Part shown: piece after piece, positions 26,450 to 38,160 of the stretch
Layout of the letters: every line of letters begins with the position of its first letter
Numbering within the stretch: position 1 is the first letter of the stretch
Source: Raillietiella orientalis
Lineage: Eukaryota
Length of the DNA: 64,000 nucleotides
Reading direction: 5' to 3'
Assembly (NCBI GenBank): GCA_036172245.1
Contig: JAYWIR010000020.1
Location: 2,480,001 to 2,544,000, forward strand
Position numbers and translations under genes: made by a program
Notes under the pieces: generated by a model
The model's input: the letters and a program-made list of their open reading frames with translations, nothing else
The model's database searches: none
Told to the model about the DNA's origin: nothing

Positions 26450-26760
26450 GCAGTTAGCCAACGGAAATGCATAATTTGTGACCATCTCCGTGTTTGAGGG
26501 AGCAGTGAAGGTTATTTACCGTGGTGATGAGTTCGCGAAGACTGTCTCTGAGAATGCGTTGCGCAACGCTTGAAATTCCTTCAGGAAAGTGGTGGAAATG
26601 GCAGTGCAAACTCAGAGGAGCCTCAGGTTGAATGTGAGGGAATGGTTCGAGATATCCGGAAAGAGAGATGCAATGAATGAAATGGTGGAAAACTGAATGT
26701 CTGCAAAGCAACGCTGACGGTCACCGTCGAGACGCGCTGATCGCCAGGATCGACTGAATC
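26450..26760 (-). pseudogene. LRR remnant
   Basis: HIQPEAPLSL..ISSVAQRILRDSLRELITTVNNL. Confidence 0.3.
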
Positions 26761-27039
26761 ACCGCTTGGTCCCCATAACGACACCTTCGGATAAATGTGC
26801 TACACAATATCCTTAATCACTCGTGTTAATTTCACAGTCTCCTCCATGCTGTAATGCTTGCCAGGACGGGAGAGAATGCGGAATTCGTACGTCAGGAGGC
26901 TGGCAAGTCTACAGACACGATCGCATGAAAAATAAACACAAAGAGTGAAAGCATCCATGATTTAAACAGAAACACAAGCAACAGTTGACCAACAGTCAAA
27001 CGCCTATCTAGTTTTTATGGAAAAGCTATCCGCTGACCA

Positions 27040-28120
27040 GCGCTGTGCTCTGAGATTGACAGCTCGGCTTACGTTTTCGCTTCGTTTGATCCAGCCTCCG
27101 CAGAAATTCTAGCTTCGGAGCAACTTTGCCTGGATGGAATGCTCCAGCACCAAGGCAGGACGTGACGCTCCCAGCTTCGAGCGATGGAGTATCCTGGAGC
27201 CACAGACATTTTTGAAACAAATTCCTGTAAGTGCGGATTGGTGTGATCGATTTATGGGGAATGCCGTGTTCCATTTCGTAACTTCCAGCTCGAAAACTTG
27301 CGAGGACCAGTTTGTGCCACGGGCTGCCGAATTCACTTGACGGATGTGGCAAAGTCAGCTCACAGATGGACAGCTGAAACGAAGAATGAGATCGGGTTGG
27401 AATCTTTAAGGAGCAAAAAACAGCGGTATCTGGATTGCTCGTCAAGTCTGAGACGCATTCTCTCTGAAAATTCGCATCTGGTGATCCAAGTGCACTCGTG
27501 TCTCGTTGTCGGTCAAGAAGTGAAAGAAGCAGTGCCGGGAAACAGCACCAACATGGAACAGTGTGTGCAAAATTATCATCAAAATGAAGACAGGTCCGGC
27601 TGTAAAAATAAAGAAAACATTTTGGGGAACAGCTAAGATTTTGAGAGTGTGAAAATGTTTGAAAGGAATTTTGAAGAGAGAAAGAATTTATCTCCCTAAG
27701 TAATGCACTTGGATAGGTCGCTGAGCTAGAATACGCTGTCAGAAAGCATTACCTTTGCCTTGAGCGTACGCAGACATCACCTGCACGCCATTTGAAACAA
27801 AATGACATCAGCGTGATTTCATTAAAATCATGAGTCGGTCATTAGAACGCAAAATCAGGAAATGTCAGTTCATCTGAAGTGAACGGAGAACGTTTGGAGT
27901 TCCTCGTATCGGAGAGGATGGTCATTTCAAAATTGGACATAGCAGCACGTTCATCTCTGCAGCATCTGTGGAGTTGGAGACAGAGCCCAAGCAATCCATT
28001 GTCTCGAAAATTATCTCTTTCCTCTGGAAAACGGATGGGTTCCCCATGCAGACTTTCTTGCATGCGTCACATGATCAGTACATCGGCTGCTGTGCTCATT
28101 ACAGTGCGCCAATCATTCTA
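27040..28120 (+). pseudogene. LRR/hinge remnants
   Basis: EQLCLDG, ILEPQTF, FMGNAVFHF, SSLQHL..SNPLS and DQYIGCC. Confidence 0.4.
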
Positions 28121-30599
28121 GACAGAAGCAAAGGTGTTGTGAAAGAGAATTTCCTCTTTTCAGCTGATCCGCTAGGCTGGTGGAAATTTATGCAAAAAAA
28201 AAAATTAGGAAGCTGCTTTAGAAAAGGTGCGTCAGGTGGTTCCTGGTAGTCTTTCCTTTGTTCAGGGAAACGAATTTCCTTCTTCCGATGAAACGGATGG
28301 AGCCTGGTTCTTTCAGTAAGAGTTCTTGTTGAAAGATCGGGTGCATTTCACATTCGCAGATTCCGTTTGTTCAAAACAGAGGTGGATTTCATATCTGATT
28401 GATTGATCAAAAAAACTAGGATTTCAAAATCTGGTATGTCAGCTGAATAACCGCTAAACTGAAATTCGCAGGATCTGAAACACGAAGCGCTTTTTTGTGT
28501 CTTTTGAGCAACACAAATGAGGAATAAATTAGCAAAAAAAAAAAAAAAAAAGCAGTCAAGGATGCATCAGCAAGAACAAAACACATTACTGCACCCGATT
28601 TGCAACAGACTTCCGATAACTTATCAGGGGATCTCGTCCACCTCAGCGATCTAAGACTTTCTAATGAGCCTTGAAGCTAAAACCACAAGTACAAGGGAAC
28701 CCGTGCTGTTGCTGGTCCCCTGACACCCCTCAGGCGACCGCGTAGGATGCTTGGTGTTTCAAAAGAGAAATGAAAAAAATAAAAGAAGACCTAGACGTTG
28801 TTTACAGCAATGTGTCGATCAACGTCAGCCGTGGCACAGCTGCCTGGCCGAGGTGGAGCTGGCTGAATTGATTAAGTGCACTCGTGTTGATTCATCACTC
28901 TTGACGAGAGGCATGTGAGATGCGTAGCCACTAGGAAGCTGAAACATTTATGCACAGCATGCACAGCCAAAATTTACGACAGGTCTGGAATACGCAGCTA
29001 GTAGGTGCATCCAAGAATTCGAAGGGTAGATTGCTCGATGAAAAATAAATGCCAGCATCCTCTTTAGAGTGGCACCACACATCACACCTCATTTAAAGTG
29101 GCATGATAATCGCGTGAAACATTAGAGGATGCCAAAATAATACCTTGTGTACGAAGGAAGAGGAAATACCCTGGCTTCAGAGATGTTTGCAGAAGATCTT
29201 TCTGCACAATATGCAGCGCAGCCTGAAGAGAATGCAGGGCTGCTGTTCAACCCAATTCTTGACACACCACAGAGTACCTGCAAAGAACTGGTTTACACTT
29301 TGAGAAATGAAAGCTACGAGAACATTCATTGGAATTCACCTCCAAATACAGATGACATCTTTTTTTTTTTTTTTTTTCCGGCTGCATGGAGAACAAATTT
29401 TTAATCTTCTTTGTTTCCTGCAAAATACTGAAGACCACTTCCAGGTACAAACAGCTATACTTCCACTAGATGTCTCGTCTTTTGTTTGTTCTTTGAGCAC
29501 ATTTGAGTAGTCATTTTATGGGGCACTCTCAAATCTATATGCACCTTGCTCATGCAGTGCAAAGCTATGTTTTGTGTTCGGATTGGTGAACCAGTGATGA
29601 ATACAGGCCGTTAACCGAAGTCTTTCTTGAGAACATGAATGCACATTTCCCATATGATTTTCTCGTCTCGGATAAACTACAAGCAATCACGGTGGTTCTT
29701 TTGGACAGTCGTTTCTCCAGCTGCAACGTACAATGGGAAATCTCTTGTGGTGATGCCAGCAGGCTTTCCAGCTAGAGTGGACATATATGATTCCATCGCT
29801 TCTTCTTAAGCACACGGACTCCAGAGCTTGATAAAGTGGAGGTCGTAATGTTCCAGTGAGCAAATGAAATCGAGATCACAGCTGCATTAGTTTGAATTCT
29901 TCGTGCAAACGCCAAGTTTTCAAGAGTCGCACCTCATGTCTATTACAGCTAAATTGATCCATTTACCCAAGATAATTTCTTTTGAAAAAAATGTGCCCAA
30001 ATTTTTAACTACAGATCAAAGAATACAAATGACGAAATGCGAAAAACCTTGGATGGCTGTGACATCTTCCTTGCAAATGTTCTGAGGAAAAAATTGTGAA
30101 TGTTTTGCTAATGTTTGTTGCTGAGATCTTCTCAATAAAAGTAATCTTTCCAGCTGTTTTGCAATAGCATTTCCTCCTCCTGCAACTGCAGTCTTTCATG
30201 TCCTTGGCTAACTTGATTTTCATTCACATTTCTTCATGCTCGATGTCCTGTTTCAATGACCCAAGTCCTGCTTTCCTTTAGGAGAAAAATGGTTGCATCT
30301 GCATTGTAAACTTTGTTCATCTGGAGCTTTTTTCTCCTCAGGACTGTACCAGAGCATCCCTGGCAACAAGGGTTTCGAGAAGAATTTGGACCTATGATTT
30401 CTATGGAAGACCTTTGTATTTTCGGTTCTTGTTACACCTGCTTGTCCAACCTGCAGCTAAGATTCGCGTGTCTCCACCGTGTCATCTTGCAAGTAGCAAA
30501 TAAGTGAACCCAAGCTAGGTGAGGGCCGCGTGGCAGAAGCAGCACGACCGAATATTTTCTTTTTTTTCATCCTCTAATGCAAAACTTCAATAACTGCCG

Positions 30600-31900
30600 A
30601 GATTTCCTTTCTTAAGCGAAGCAGCTCATATGGGAACTATTGCTAAAATAAAGAAATTCAAGGAACGCAAACCAAAAAAGATTGTGGGGTTGAGGATTTC
30701 TGAAATCCACTGCCTCGTATAAGAATCTTCAGTCGTTTCTATCAGCTGTCGTTAGCGAAACGAACGATGCTCAAGGAAAGAGGCTTGAAACCGGCTTCCT
30801 GACAGTGTAGGAAGAGTTGCTTCCGCCTGTGCTTTTAGAGGTTCACTCTTGGTAACCGAAGATGGGAGATTCAGGAATGAATCCTCTGAATAATAGTCTT
30901 CTCATCTCGCCCACCGAAGCGGTGGACTCCCCATGAAACTCACGCAAGCATTTTACTGAACGCTCAATCCCCAAACCATGAATTCTTTGGTGGTCCTTCC
31001 AGATCGAAGCTTGAAGGAAGGCGCAGATCACCTGCGCATCACTTGCTCTTTTAAACTCAAGCACTTCAAATTACAGCTCTGCGTTATTCACCGGACTTTG
31101 TTGGCTCAAAACATGCAACCGAGAAAATTGTCACCGTTTCGCATCAAATGACACTGCAAGTTCACCCTTCAGAATTATCTCAATCTCTCAGAATCTTCAC
31201 GTGTCGGTCCACATGCGCGCATGGTGTGAAGACGCGTGCGCGCGAGAGGAGCGCATGAGATGCTCATGTTCTGAAAGCAGCCATTTGTTTCTCTACGACA
31301 CGAAACTTGCAGGCTGGAGCGTTTTTTTCCTAAGGTTGAGGTCTCTCGAAGACACAGAAGTAGGCGTTGTGACTGCCTGCAAGTTTGCCCCATGAACTTC
31401 CGGGACACCTTATGAGCGACGGCTCCGAAAGCTCAGAGCTCTCTTTCCACATCAGAAGTCAGAGCAAGAAAAGCTCGCGAACATATCCCGTTTCTCCAGG
31501 TTTTCCCGTTCTGGAAGCTTCCTTAGTCCTCTCGGAAGTTCCAAACTAGCAACTCTCTCCCTGGACCATTCGCAGCACTGTATGTCACACCAAGGCTCCG
31601 TTCCGAAAACGTGACGCTCCCGCATCATCGCCTTCTGGCTTGCCTGCCTTCAGAATGAGATTTTCAGGGTGCCCTCGAAGTTCTTGTTTCTAGCACGACT
31701 TTATCTCGAGATCAGTTTTTCTTCCGATGGATTACGTCCTACGCTTTGACACGTATTCGTCCTCTGTTCCCTCGAGTGGGTGTTCCAGGTTCCTCTCTCA
31801 GATCACAGATCACTGACCTTCGTCCTCGCGTCCTTAGATAGACACTTCGGATGCTTCGCGTTTTGATGCGTTATCTGGTCAGCTCGTCTCAACGACTCTG
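30600..31900 (-). other. Rod-folding element C, ORF-X homologue on the minus strand
   Basis: Nested helices catgcgc/gcgcatg (apex ~31230), ttcagaat/gttctgaa, 31154-31162/31304-31312 (ctgcaagtt/aacttgcag), 30814-30821/31548-31555 and tgctaaaa/ttctagca (~30641/31688). The minus strand gives WKE..SFRSRRS and DLNLRKKTL, matching WDERSFATRRAY and DPTWKRKKTL of element B in the same order. Confidence 0.65.
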
Positions 31901-32199
31901 AGCAAGCTGAAGATTGCTAGGGATTCATCTGAAAAACAATTCGGGCCTCACTCTTCCCATAAACATCGGGCGGACGGATTTACGAAAGCGGAAATGGACA
32001 TTGATCCTTGGAGCCGATCCGCCGATCCGCCGACGAGCATGCAAGTTCCATCATATCGCATGGGAACGCTGGTCACCATAGGTAAGGACCTGGAAACTGG
32101 AATCCTCCCGGAAAAAGGAGACGACTCTGCTGCCGAGTAAACTGATCAGTCGAGTTTGGAGGGTGCTGAGCTGGTTTCTCTAATGCCTGCCCGTTGTCG

Positions 32200-32480
32200 T
32201 GATAGAGCACTTCCCTAATCAGCAGGCTTCCTTGTCTGCTGCAAGTAAGGGTAGTGGTATAGGTACGGCGGTATCGTAGTGTCGCGGTACAGAATATGGT
32301 CTCCATGGCTAACCGTAGAGAGATTGCGCAAGCCTAAATAAGATACATCCTGAATCCTCGTGGATTTTGAGCGCGGCACAGCTGCGAGGACATTCAGATG
32401 CAAGGTAGAAGGGCTGTGTATCTCTTTGTACGTTCTAACGCAAACCTGGCGTGGCTGTCCTGAATTGCCACCGTTTTCAG
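32200..32480 (-). pseudogene. Possible EVE: RdRp B-D remnant
   Basis: GGNSGQP...LNVLAA...VSHGDHIL...LQQTRKP resembles SGQP..LNVL..GDD..GKP of pesti-/flavi-like NS5, but the spacing is imperfect. Confidence 0.3.
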
Positions 32481-33059
32481 ATGATGGGCTCCAGCAAGGA
32501 AAGACTTGTACGAGCTTCCATCGCTTCCCCTATTCTCCGCCATCCCTTATCTTTGATCTTTAATTCTGTCGTTTCCGGTTTCGAGAGTGACATCGTGCTG
32601 AGATGAAAAATTTCACTCTTGGAGTCTCATCTCGTTGCCAAAGCAGTGCGGCACTAAAATTCCTCCAATAGTCTCCGCTCTTCCCTGCTGAGATTTTGAT
32701 CAGGAAGAGTAGAATCCGACAGACATCTTCCACACGAGGAAAACGGCATCTTCCTTCCTGACTGCGTTTGCCTTGAAGAGTGTGGAGAAACTCAAAGGAA
32801 AACACTCGAGCTCTCCATGACAACATCTTCCTCGAGGATCGAGTTCAAATCTTAACCTAGGATAGTCCGACATCGGTCCACTGTGAGTCCTCGTGGCCTT
32901 TGAGAGCAGCACAGTTGAAAACTCTGGCTGGTCAACGGCGATCAAAGGTGGGACACGTTCGTAGCACTCTGGCAGCTGGACCATCACAGACGAAAGACGA
33001 TACGAACGTCCCCCGATCGATGCAGACGCACCCATGTGGATAAATTTGAGGATTCTCAA

Positions 33060-36000
33060 TGCTAAAAAAAATAAAAATAAAAATAAAGGACTCACTCAGA
33101 TGGGTCGCAAGCTGGTCCAGGATCCAACCCAAAGACATGGCAACCCCGCCTTGGGATGAAGGAGCTTAGAACTTTTAGCTCCGGAGGGATACGAAGGCAA
33201 CAGCCCTGCGGATGCGCGCCGGGGGCAGGGCTCTCCCTCTCTAGACATACCCCAGGCGAGCCGGGAAGACGCGAGCCATTGCGAGGGATTCGGTTGCCCG
33301 TATCCTCATCGCTGCAGATTTTCCCTGTTCCGTGTGCTCAAGGTACGCAGGTGGGTCATGGGTGACCGGGAAAGTGGTAACCGCCGCTCCCTTTGTCGCA
33401 GAGCCCCCTTCCTACCTATGGGAGAAGAGCAAGTACGGGCTGGCAGTGGGGCAGGAGTTGACCTGCAGTAGAGTGGGGGCTGCCAAATCCTCGGACAGTT
33501 GGTCTACTCTCAGTTTGCAGGCGGCGAGTCCACGACCTCCTTCCCCTACGTGCCTGTGGATGGCTTTCCCAGCAGCTGTCCTCTTCCCCTCTTGGAGGAT
33601 CCCTCTGCAGTTGGAGTGGCGCTTCCCTTGAGGAGGCTGCCAGACAAAACGTCACTTTTATGTTGCCTTCCCCTTCCCAACTTCATGAAGGCGTCCTCCC
33701 GAGCGACCCCAAGTGCGACGAGACTGGTCATGAACTGCACCTGTTACTGGTCTCTAACACCTCTTCGGAGGAAGCGGAAGCTCTTCCAGGGCGGTCCTCT
33801 GACGCGTATAGGACGCCTCGGAGAATCTAAGGAGTCATTTCTCCGAGCTCGGTCAGCTTTCAGTACCAGAAGCAAACCTGCGAGTTCCCGTTTGCTGGTG
33901 CGAAGAGACCACGGGGTGACGCACCCACCCGCGCAGCGAAATCGAAGGGGAGCTGCTCTGGCGAGATGCGGACTCTCGAACGCCCCTTCCCTACTCCAGG
34001 CCCACACACGCGCAGCACAATGTTTTTTTTTTTTTTTTTTTCGTTCGCGTGCTCCCTGATGAGGGCGGCGGGAAGCAGCCTCCACGCCTGCGAGTCGGGA
34101 GTCTTCCCAGAAAAACCATCACCCCTCCAAAGAAGACCGATCGCCTCTACCACGAGCCCATCCTCTCAGCCGCGGCCCAGCAGGCTCCCCAGAGTGACTT
34201 TCCCCACCGTGGGGCTGCCGGTCTAGCTCTCTAAAGCAAACGGGGGAGAGACTGAAGGAAGAGGAACGACAAGTGTCGGGCGTACCCAATGGGGTGACTC
34301 TCACTGGAGATGGAGTCAGGTAGGAGTGGAGCAGCCCTCCGGTGCTCAGCATGAATCCCCGGACCCGGGTAGTGCAGGGGTGAGAGCGCTCCACCGGTTC
34401 CTCGAGTTAGCCCGATACCAAGTCCATTCGAAAATTCCACTGTTCTCCACATCCTGGTCTGGACCGTTTTCTTGCCCTCTCCGTGCGGCTTCCCGTGCCG
34501 TCGGTCGCAATCCTCCGCCATCTTGGCAGCCGCCGTTGTTCGTGCGCGGCAGGGGGATCGTCAGCGACGGAACGACCACAAGACCTGGAGGTATGGACGT
34601 CTCTCCAAAGAGGTTTTCTGAGGTGGCATCATGCCCCGCCGACGCACTCTCATCCCACACATAGCTCTCCGCGCCCCAGCAGAGCGCGCTCGCGGAGGCG
34701 GTCTTCACTGTCCCGCAGTGGGGCATCCCTTGGTTAGTCTCCTTGCTGAGGCGAGGAAGCATTCCTCGTCGCGGGAGCATTGCAAGATGGCGGTATGTTG
34801 GCACCGGAGAGCAAAGCTTCCATCCAGAAAGCACTCCCGGAGAATTCCTGGATATTCCCCGCCCATCTTTGGGGACTCTGAAATTAAACTTTGGGAGCGG
34901 CATCGTTCACCAGGCGAAGGTTTGGGCTATAGGCCTGTAGATCTCGGAGACCCGGCAAGTCATCTCCCACGCCGCATGAGCGTCCTCTTTCTACTGATCC
35001 CGCTGATGAAACGGAAAGCGCATGGCGGCGTCCCCAGTCGTCACACGCCGAGATGTGGAGAGCAGACTGATCCGCCCGAACAGCTGCTTCAGGTTACGGA
35101 CTGCAACTTCGCCAGAGGCGCTTCGAGGAAGTAGCGTCCAGTGAACGAGCACGCGAGCTGGTCGGCAGCTGCGTGCTCAATTTGGTCATCCTTCGCTGGG
35201 ATGCCAAACCCAAACATCACTGGCATCCCTCTCAGCATTTTGCTGACCGGCAGTGGAAACCCTCATAGCGTTCTGGAGATCCGCCTCCAATACCCGAAGT
35301 CAGCTGAGCCTAACGGCGAGATCGTTGTGTATCCTGCCGGGTGCATCGTCACCAGCCGCCGTCGGTGCGGAAAACCGCGTGGGGCTTTTTTCGTGAAGGT
35401 CACCCCCCAGGCAAGCACCGTTTCGGAGGTCGTCTCTCAAGGCGAATCTGCGGAACACCTGCCGGTGAATCCCTTTGCGCGTTCCCTTGCAGGATGCAGG
35501 AAACCGCAAGGGATGGACGTCCCATCCTTTCGCGCACTCGCAGGTAGAGTCGAGGTCCTCGTTGATCACTTCGCTCAACCCCGTTGCTGATGGAGGTGCA
35601 GTGGAAGGTCCCTCTTTGATGTGAACGAGGGTTCCATCACACAGAGAGGGCTACGGCGCCGGCTGTCTGCCCGCCATGCGTGAAGAATCTCCGCAGCAGC
35701 GATGTCCTCTGATGGCCTTCGGTTGGCGGACTGCCAAGGGTAGGCGGTTCGTCACATGTCTTCCAAGTCACCGAAGTCCAGCAAGAGCTCTGCAACCGTC
35801 CGGAGATGTCTTCTCTGGAAACCAGAGGTGCCTTCGCCGACTGCACTGGAATCCCCAGTGCAATCAGCTCAGAAATCTGGTTCCTATCTCTTGTCCATCT
35901 TAACAGGAACGCAAAAGTGTTTGTGCACAGAGGAGAGACCACGGATTCTTCCGAGGTCACGCTGAGTAGGTCGCTCTACCGAGGGAGTCCTTTCGCCCGG

Positions 36001-36290
36001 AAACGGGCAGCGTCGTCATTCTGTCTTGCAGCCACCGAGGAGTCCCTCGACTCCTGCAGTGTTGCAGGGCAACTCTCACCCGGCCGGTTGGCTGCTGTCG
36101 CCGTTTTCCTCCCTGAGAGCAGACAGTGCTGCGGCTAGGACTGTGAAAGCTATCCGGCACCACTGCTTGCAGTCCTGTGAGCTATCTCCCAGCTGCGCTG
36201 CGGAAGCCGCGACGAAGTTCCTCTGGGCGCATTTCCAGAGTAGCTACCCAGGACTCCGGTACTATCTGCTGTCAGGCGTTCCAGTTTAGG
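33060..36290 (-). pseudogene. Long GC-rich EVE-like element: decayed RdRp-like region followed by a P-loop motif, ending in a U-rich tract
   Basis: The minus strand reads, in order, AFLL..LIALGIPVQS, LRRFFT, CTSISNG (B-like), AAGDDA (GDD at 35345-35353), FGIPAK and CSFTGRYF (D/E-like), then LWRGDGFSGKT (Walker A, 34100-34123) and a tttatttttattttt tract at ~33065-33087. There are many frameshifts and an internal poly(A) at 34023-34041. Motif spacing is longer than usual. Confidence 0.5.
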
Positions 36291-36529
36291 GGGTGGGGTG
36301 GGGACAAGAGATTTACAGGTGGACTTCCAGCAGCGAGGACAGATGCTTCAGGAGGTAGCCGACTCCAGTCGTCCGCTTGTCGGCTGCACGGTATCAGCGG
36401 AAGTCCTTCGCTTCCAGAGCATCGCCAAAGGATGAGATGTGCAGGAGCACACCACGAACAAGTCCACAATTTTCCACAGAGTAATCGTAGGCGGAACCGC
36501 AGCGTTGGGCAGGAAAGGACGCGCAGCTG

Positions 36530-36790
36530 AGTTTCCTTAGCTCCTCATGTCTTGCAGAGTTCATCTCGAATGTCGCCCGTCTCGAACGCTGTCCTCGAAC
36601 TCCAACTGGACTGTCTTCCGCTGGATTTCAACACCAAAGCAATGCTGAGGCGTTCTCCCTTTTCTCAGATTCCCTCTGTTCTAAGGAAAGGAGGAAAAAT
36701 AGTTTTCCGACTTTTGAGGGATTGCTGTTTTAACAGAGGATATCGAGACGGCAGCGCGTGGTGAGACACGAAAGAGAAGGAGATGAAATG
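36530..36790. other. Rod-end hairpin fragment G
   Basis: ccgtctcga/tcgagacgg (~36577/36743), agcaat/attgct and tcccttttc/ggaaagga are nested around an apex at ~36680, with a pyrimidine-to-purine switch. Confidence 0.45.
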
Positions 36791-37739
36791 TAACCGGTGC
36801 AGAATGCTCGGATACGATTCGAGAGGCATCAGCACCAAGCCTCAATCCTGCCTTGGTTTCCTCCTGATGCATCTCTCCTGGTTGAAAAGTATCCCGCTCC
36901 TTGGCCCGGAACCGAGCGATGCAAGCAGCCGGTACATGGTTGATCCAGGAATCTTTGGAATTTGAATTCTCCATTCTCTTGAAGGAAAGAGTCATTTTTC
37001 AAAAGAGTACCCATTACCCAAAAGAGTTCCATTCCATTACATGTGCTACTCGAGAGCAAGAGGCCTAAAGATGTAGCTTTGAAGTCCTTGCATCTTGCAG
37101 CTGTTTCCCGATGCGTGTCTCACATAGGTGCAGTACCAGGCTAAGTTGATTTTGGGCGGATTTGCGGTCAGGAACTTCCATGATGGCAACAAAAGCATTG
37201 GGTTCGAGAAGTGAACACCACCAAGCACCAAATTACTACCTTTAGTTGGGACTCAATGTAGATCTTTAAGTTTACAAAATCCTTCAGATGCAATAGGCAT
37301 CACAAGAAATTGCGGGGTTTAAAATCTGGAGATGACTTGAGCGACTTGGAAAGAATGAGTCCTTCTGAAGCCACTATCGGCCACTATCGCCCACCAGGAA
37401 CAAGCATTTTTGAAAATGCGCTTTTTTGAAAGCGACTTTGGACGAGGGAGGAATGGAAATGAATGGGCCTCGGCATGGGAATCAAAATACAAGAAAAACA
37501 CGTGATCAAAAGAATTATGAAACTGCACTCATCCTTGCATCATTTACACTTCTTGTACGCTCACTTGCCGTGCTAACACTTCTCACCTTGCCTGTGCTAA
37601 AAGACGCCTTGCATAAGGAAAGCGCAACGTGTTAAAGCATCTGAATTTCTGCTTCGTTGTGCTGTAAGTATTGCTGGGAAAAAAATGTCCTGTAATATTG
37701 TAGGCATCCCTCGTGACTGTGAACGATCCTGATTTTCAA

Positions 37740-38160
37740 AGATCTCCTGCTAAGTTTTCAGGGTAGGCAACCTTAGGCCACTTCCCACTGAGAGGCAAAC
37801 GATGTCGTTGAGCGAACTCGAAAGTGAACTTAGAAGCGGAGCCAAATTGGTTTTTCCACCTCGCACAAGTGAAGAGGTCAGGAGGAAGATTCCCGAAAAC
37901 AAGTCGCCACGCGACGAAGAGTCAGTCGCCATCACAACCAATCATTTAAACCCAGATCTGAAACCAAGACCTGAATCCAAGCAAATACGGATAAAGCGGT
38001 GGTGCACGACAGTTGCAGCGAATCTCCTCCGACGACTGATTTGAAAGATTCAGTTGCACCATTTTTGTTTCTCTTTCATCAAATTGCTTTCGGGAATTCC
38101 TTTCGCGGTTTTCGATGCTGAGTAGACATTTCTGAGAAAGAGTTCTTGCTGGATGAGCTG
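37740..38160 (+). other. Rod-like fragment H with a charged short ORF (37802-38044)
   Basis: ttcccgaaa/tttcgggaa (~37890/38088), cagtcg/cgactg, tcgaaa/tttcga and tttcag/ctgaga are nested, but some alternative pairings conflict. Confidence 0.35.
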
